Origin: a virus | Taxonomy: Duplodnaviria > Heunggongvirae > Uroviricota > Caudoviricetes | Strand: one strand, 5' to 3' | IMG/VR virus record: IMGVR_UViG_2802429246_000009 | DNA length: 30,945 nt | Shown here: piece by piece, positions 27,647-30,945 of the stretch | Numbering within the stretch: position 1 is the first letter of the stretch | Layout: every line of letters starts with the position of its first letter | The notes under the pieces: model-generated | What the model saw: the letters and a program-made list of their open reading frames with translations, nothing else | Databases searched by the model: none | Told to the model about the DNA's origin: nothing | Translations under genes and position numbers: made by a program

Positions 27647-27936
27647 TACCAGTTCCTTTTGTCGTTCAGTTTCTTAAATTCATCAGCGCAATAGCTGGTG
27701 ACTTCTGTCGTTAATTTTGTCAGTTCATCCACGGAGGAAATTTGCTTATGAAATACAGCGCGTTTAACAAGTAAATTGACCACATCAGACAGGAGATTTA
27801 ATTTATCCGCATAAATGGCTATAGTTGATTCAACCATATCCCCAGTGTTTTTATCGCGTTTAATATCAGCTAGAGACAAATCACCATTTTTCATAACTGA
27901 AATCTTCAGCCAGTTATTAAGCAATATATTTTTCAT
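27646..27936 (-). CDS. hypothetical protein (AT-rich small ORF)
   Basis: 96-aa ORF; ATGA overlap with the upstream ORF; AT-rich relative to flanking genes. Confidence 0.5.
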   Translation of the reverse strand: MKNILLNNWLKISVMKNGDLSLADIKRDKNTGDMVESTIAIYADKLNLLSDVVNLLVKRAVFHKQISSVDELTKLTTEVTSYCADEFKKLNDKRNW

Positions 27937-28184
27937 TCGCTATATGCCCTCTCCGCAGAATCAATCATTTCCCGGCCATTATCGGTAATACAGAAACCTT
28001 CTCTTGATTTGGTCACAAGCCCCCATTTCCCCATTGCTATAAATGCTTTTTCCACACGACTAGGCCAGGAGCGGAAGACATCGCTTGATGGATGTAGTGG
28101 AGTCTTGTCATCTAATTTTTTAAGTAATGAAAGTTGATAATCTGTTAAGCGTTTCCTGAACCATTTTGTATTTGTCATCTCCAA
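27933..28184 (-). CDS. hypothetical protein (AT-rich small ORF)
   Basis: 83-aa ORF, coupled to the next ORF by ATGA overlap; no recognisable motif. Confidence 0.5.
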   Translation of the reverse strand: MEMTNTKWFRKRLTDYQLSLLKKLDDKTPLHPSSDVFRSWPSRVEKAFIAMGKWGLVTKSREGFCITDNGREMIDSAERAYSE

Positions 28185-28192
28185 CTTTCCTG

Positions 28193-28435
28193 TTATTTAT
28201 TGAGTCCTAGATTATGGAATTTGGCAGACTCCTGACTGAGCAACTCGACTATCTCCACGCGGGATAACTCCGCCTTTGTGATGTGGCGAATCATGGCATC
28301 AAGATGAGACGAAAAGCGCGTTGCTGCGTCGGCCTGTGCTTCGGTTCTGGCCTGTTGCAGCATTAATGCGTATTTACCGCACTGATTTTCAGAAACTGTA
28401 TGCATGACTTTCTCCAGGCAAAAAGAAGCCCGCAC
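28193..28435 (-). CDS. hypothetical early protein
   Basis: 80-aa ORF downstream of B in the same operon; start codon uncertain. Confidence 0.45.
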   Translation of the reverse strand: MRASFCLEKVMHTVSENQCGKYALMLQQARTEAQADAATRFSSHLDAMIRHITKAELSRVEIVELLSQESAKFHNLGLNK

Positions 28436-28467
28436 AATTAAGTGCGTTAAAAACTCTGGTTAATTAC

Positions 28468-28968
28468 TTAATGCAGATATTGCTCTGGTTTTACCGACGT
28501 CAGAATTGTCGGTGCATACTCAAACAGACTGAATAATTCACGTAATGCACGGAATAAAGCATCACGCCAGTAACATGATTCTTCATTAATTCGCCAGTAC
28601 GGCTGGTTAAATTCTTTTTCTGTCAGTCGTGCGTGCATAAATAAAGTGCGACGCTGACTTACTGTTAAAAAACTAATATATGCATACTCACTTGCGCCAA
28701 CCTGACGGCGTTTTGAGAATGCCCCACGCAATTCATCAATTGCACAAACCAGCCGTTCACGTTCGACGTCGTTCATTTCTTCAAAACGCATCGTTGCGTG
28801 ACGCTGTTTTAACTGCGCATGGAAGCAAACCGTTAGCCGTTCGCGTTCCATCATCTGATTATAATAATCGCATGTCTCCTGCCAGCGAGGGACGGCCAGA
28901 TGCTTACCAATTATCCGGCGCATAGCTGCTGGCTGTTTTTCAACGAGATTGAGCGTCATCACTGTCAT
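28468..28968 (-). CDS. B: replication protein gpB (helicase-loader-like)
   Basis: 166 aa, same length and position as P2 B. Confidence 0.8.
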   Translation of the reverse strand: MTVMTLNLVEKQPAAMRRIIGKHLAVPRWQETCDYYNQMMERERLTVCFHAQLKQRHATMRFEEMNDVERERLVCAIDELRGAFSKRRQVGASEYAYISFLTVSQRRTLFMHARLTEKEFNQPYWRINEESCYWRDALFRALRELFSLFEYAPTILTSVKPEQYLH

Positions 28969-29162
28969 TTCCAGACCCTCCGGCTTTTCAGAAAGGTCAG
29001 AGCCTTTTTTAACGGACTCTGTTTTTTGGTGCGGATAATGATTCCCTTACGCCCCTTACCATGGGTGATGGTGAAGTCAATCGCCCTGGGGCTTTCGTTA
29101 CGCAATAACTGAGCAATACAACGCGGCTCATTCATAATCACAACCCCATCCACAAAAGCCAT
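28965..29162 (-). CDS. hypothetical small protein between cox and B (P2 orf78 position)
   Basis: 65-aa ORF; the true start may be the internal Met at about 29135, just after the cox stop. Confidence 0.4.
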   Translation of the reverse strand: MAFVDGVVIMNEPRCIAQLLRNESPRAIDFTITHGKGRKGIIIRTKKQSPLKKALTFLKSRRVWK

Positions 29163-29410
29163 GCATCACGCTGTTCAACCGGTCGGTTATAAAACGCCTC
29201 ATGCACACCGCGATTGAACTCAGGAATGAAAACCAGCTTGTCGCCTGCGCGAGCATTTGGTTTGTTTGGATCACGAAACTCAACAACCGGCAGCTTATTA
29301 GCTTTAATCATTTCAACAACCGCAGTACGCGGTTTTCCGAGCAATTCTGCGAACTTATCAGGATGTACCGCGTCAATCGGATACTGAATTACATAGTTGT
29401 TTGCGTCCAT
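29138..29410 (-). CDS. cox: Cox-like excisionase/early-promoter regulator (HTH)
   Basis: About 90 aa from ATG at 29410 with an AGGTG RBS; ...FAELLGKPRTAVVEMIKANKLPVV... resembles the P2 Cox helix-turn-helix region; first gene of the early operon, divergent from C. Confidence 0.65.
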   Translation of the reverse strand: MDANNYVIQYPIDAVHPDKFAELLGKPRTAVVEMIKANKLPVVEFRDPNKPNARAGDKLVFIPEFNRGVHEAFYNRPVEQRDAWLLWMGL

Positions 29411-29558
29411 AAAACACACCTGTCGTGCTAATCTTATTTGTTCCAGCCCTTTCAAAACCGCTCAGGAACGCTCCTGACTGGCTGGACTCACGCCCCAAAA
29501 GGTTTCCAAACAAGTACCTTTTGAGGGGAATATAGTCTCCATAAGGGAACCATGTCAA
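29411..29558. promoter_or_regulatory. immunity switch region (divergent Pe/Pc promoters and operators expected)
   Basis: 148-bp gap between divergent cox and C; TATAGT (29531..29536) is a candidate -10 for the C promoter; operators not mapped. Confidence 0.5.
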
Positions 29559-29852
29559 ATGAAAATATCGGAGAAACTTCGCGCAATCCGCAAAGCAGAG
29601 GGATTAACGCAAAAAAAATTTTGCGAACTTAGCGGATTAGCACTTAGCTCATTGAAAAATTACGAAGGGGGACATAAAGAGCCTGGACTACAAATCGTAA
29701 AGCAAGTGGTAAACACGCCTCTGTTTAAAAAATATACACTGTGGATTATGACAGATGAGGTTGCGCCAGAAGCCGGGCAGATTTCCCCGGTCGTCGCACA
29801 CTCTGGGCAAGAAGAAACAACCTCGTCACACTCAGACCGCAAAACTGGCTAA
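29559..29852 (+). CDS. C: immunity repressor C (HTH)
   Basis: 97 aa; N-terminal HTH (ISEKLRAIRKAEGLTQKKFCELSGL) and C-terminal ...FKKYTLWIMTDEVAPEAGQISPVVAHSGQEETTSSHS... resembling P2 C as I recall it; AAGGGA RBS. Confidence 0.8.
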   Translation: MKISEKLRAIRKAEGLTQKKFCELSGLALSSLKNYEGGHKEPGLQIVKQVVNTPLFKKYTLWIMTDEVAPEAGQISPVVAHSGQEETTSSHSDRKTG

Positions 29853-29964
29853 CTATTTACCGAAATTACATGCACATAAAATGCATGTTACTGGTAAAAA
29901 AATATTCACCACACAACCATAAAGGGTCAAACAACAAGAAAACACGTGCTCATCGGAGGGCTTT

Positions 29965-30945
29965 ATGAGTATCAGAAAGCTCGATGATGGACGTTATGAA
30001 GTGGATATTAGGCCTCGCGGTCGCGATGGAAAGCGCATCCGCAGGAAATTTGAAAGAAAAGCTGAAGCACTAGCATTTGAGCGATACACAATCGCCAATG
30101 CCAGTCAGAAAGAATGGGGAGGCCAGCGAGCAGACCGCCGAACTTTGACAGAATTGCTCGACATCTGGTGGAAATACCACGGGCAAAACCACGAGCATGG
30201 GACAAAAGAGTTTAATCATCTGCTCAAAACCATCAGCGGCATAGGTGATATACCAGTGAGTCGGATGAACAAAAGGGCTTTGATGGATTATCGCTCCATG
30301 CGACTACGTGATGGCATCAGTGCTGCAACGATAAACCGCGACATGTACCGATTATCCGGCATGTTCACAAAATTAATTCAATTAGATGAATTTTCCGGGC
30401 AACACCCAATTCACGGACTGCCGCCACTGACGGAGGCTAACCCTGAAATGACGTTCCTGGAAAAAGCAGAAATCGAAAAACTGCTAAATGTTTTGACTGG
30501 TGATGACTTACTTGTCGCGCTTTTATGTCTGAGCACTGGAGGAAGATGGACGGAAGTTGCCACGCTAAAACCAGCACAGATTACAAGTTGCAGGGTTACC
30601 TTCCTGAAAACCAAAAACGGTAAAAAGCGAACAGTGCCGATATCTGAGGAACTGGAGAAAAAAGTTAAAGAGGAGGCCAGCGCCAAATTGTTCAAGGTCG
30701 ATTATGAGAAGTTTTGCGGGATTTTACGCAGAGTAAAACCTGACATACCTCCCAATCAGGCAACCCACATTCTGCGGCATACATTCGCAAGCCATTTCAT
30801 GATGAATGGGGGCAATATAATTGCACTGCAACAGATTCTGGGGCATGCGAGCATTCAGCAGACAATGACCTATGCGCATCTTGCGCCTGACTACCTGCAG
30901 AACGCCGTCGCTCTGAATCCACTAAAAGGCGGAGTGACGTTATAA
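29965..30945 (+). CDS. int: tyrosine integrase
   Basis: 326 aa; N-terminus MSIRKLDDGRYEVDIRPRGRDGKRIRRKF similar to P2 Int; C-terminal catalytic-region motifs ATHILRHTFAS and LGHASIQQTMTYAHL; GGAGGG RBS 4 nt upstream. Confidence 0.9.
   Translation: MSIRKLDDGRYEVDIRPRGRDGKRIRRKFERKAEALAFERYTIANASQKEWGGQRADRRTLTELLDIWWKYHGQNHEHGTKEFNHLLKTISGIGDIPVSRMNKRALMDYRSMRLRDGISAATINRDMYRLSGMFTKLIQLDEFSGQHPIHGLPPLTEANPEMTFLEKAEIEKLLNVLTGDDLLVALLCLSTGGRWTEVATLKPAQITSCRVTFLKTKNGKKRTVPISEELEKKVKEEASAKLFKVDYEKFCGILRRVKPDIPPNQATHILRHTFASHFMMNGGNIIALQQILGHASIQQTMTYAHLAPDYLQNAVALNPLKGGVTL

Larger units (their letters stand above)
1..30945 (-). mobile_element. P2-like prophage (Peduovirus family), apparently complete gene set; att sites outside window
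   Basis: Collinear P2 gene order from ogr to int with matching protein lengths (D 387, U 159, T 815, FII 172, FI 396, R 155, S 150, K 165, Y 93, M 247, N 357, Q 344 aa); cos sequence present; integrase at one end, ogr at the other. Based on recollection of P2, not an alignment. Confidence 0.85.

Noticed and set aside
28965-29162. Confident assignment of the 65-aa ORF and the 80-aa ORF (28193..28435) to named P2 genes
   Set aside because: I cannot recall the P2 orf78/orf80 sequences well enough; kept as low-confidence hypothetical CDSs.
1-30945. tRNA genes, CRISPR arrays, IS elements, att core repeats
   Set aside because: No cloverleaf-like sequences, no regularly spaced direct repeats and no transposase-like ORFs were seen; the window begins and ends inside the prophage, so att sites and any flanking tRNA are outside it.

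Overview
The window is essentially one complete P2-family (Peduovirus-like) temperate myovirus prophage, inverted relative to the standard P2 map. Gene order is ogr-D-U-T-E/E'-FII-FI-G-H-I-J-W-V-S-R-lysC/lysB/lysA-K-Y-X-L-M-N-O on the minus strand, then P and Q on the plus strand, then the cos site (21635..21653), then early genes A-orfs-B-cox on the minus strand and the C repressor and integrase on the plus strand. Gene order and protein lengths fit P2 almost one-for-one; this rests on reading the six-frame translations against what I remember of P2, not on any alignment. The att sites lie outside the window, which starts at the ogr stop and ends at the int stop. The main hunt result is a strongly AT-rich two-gene operon (21868..24570, plus strand) inserted between cos and gene A, exactly where P2 carries old/tin, a known hotspot for anti-phage cargo. 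Gene 1 is an ABC/OLD-family-type ATPase with clear Walker A, Walker B and H-loop motifs but no C-terminal TOPRIM domain. Gene 2 is a translationally coupled 333-aa protein with no motif I can assign confidently. I read this as a candidate two-gene anti-phage defence module, possibly a split-OLD arrangement like PARIS or AbiL, possibly undescribed; only profile searches and experiments can decide. Secondary observations are a canonical E/E' -1 frameshift site, an extended tail fibre H with three tandem internal repeats, two AT-rich small ORFs between B and A, repeats next to cos, an empty Z/fun hotspot and several hairpins or palindromes in regulatory gaps. No rRNA, tRNA, CRISPR array or IS element was seen.
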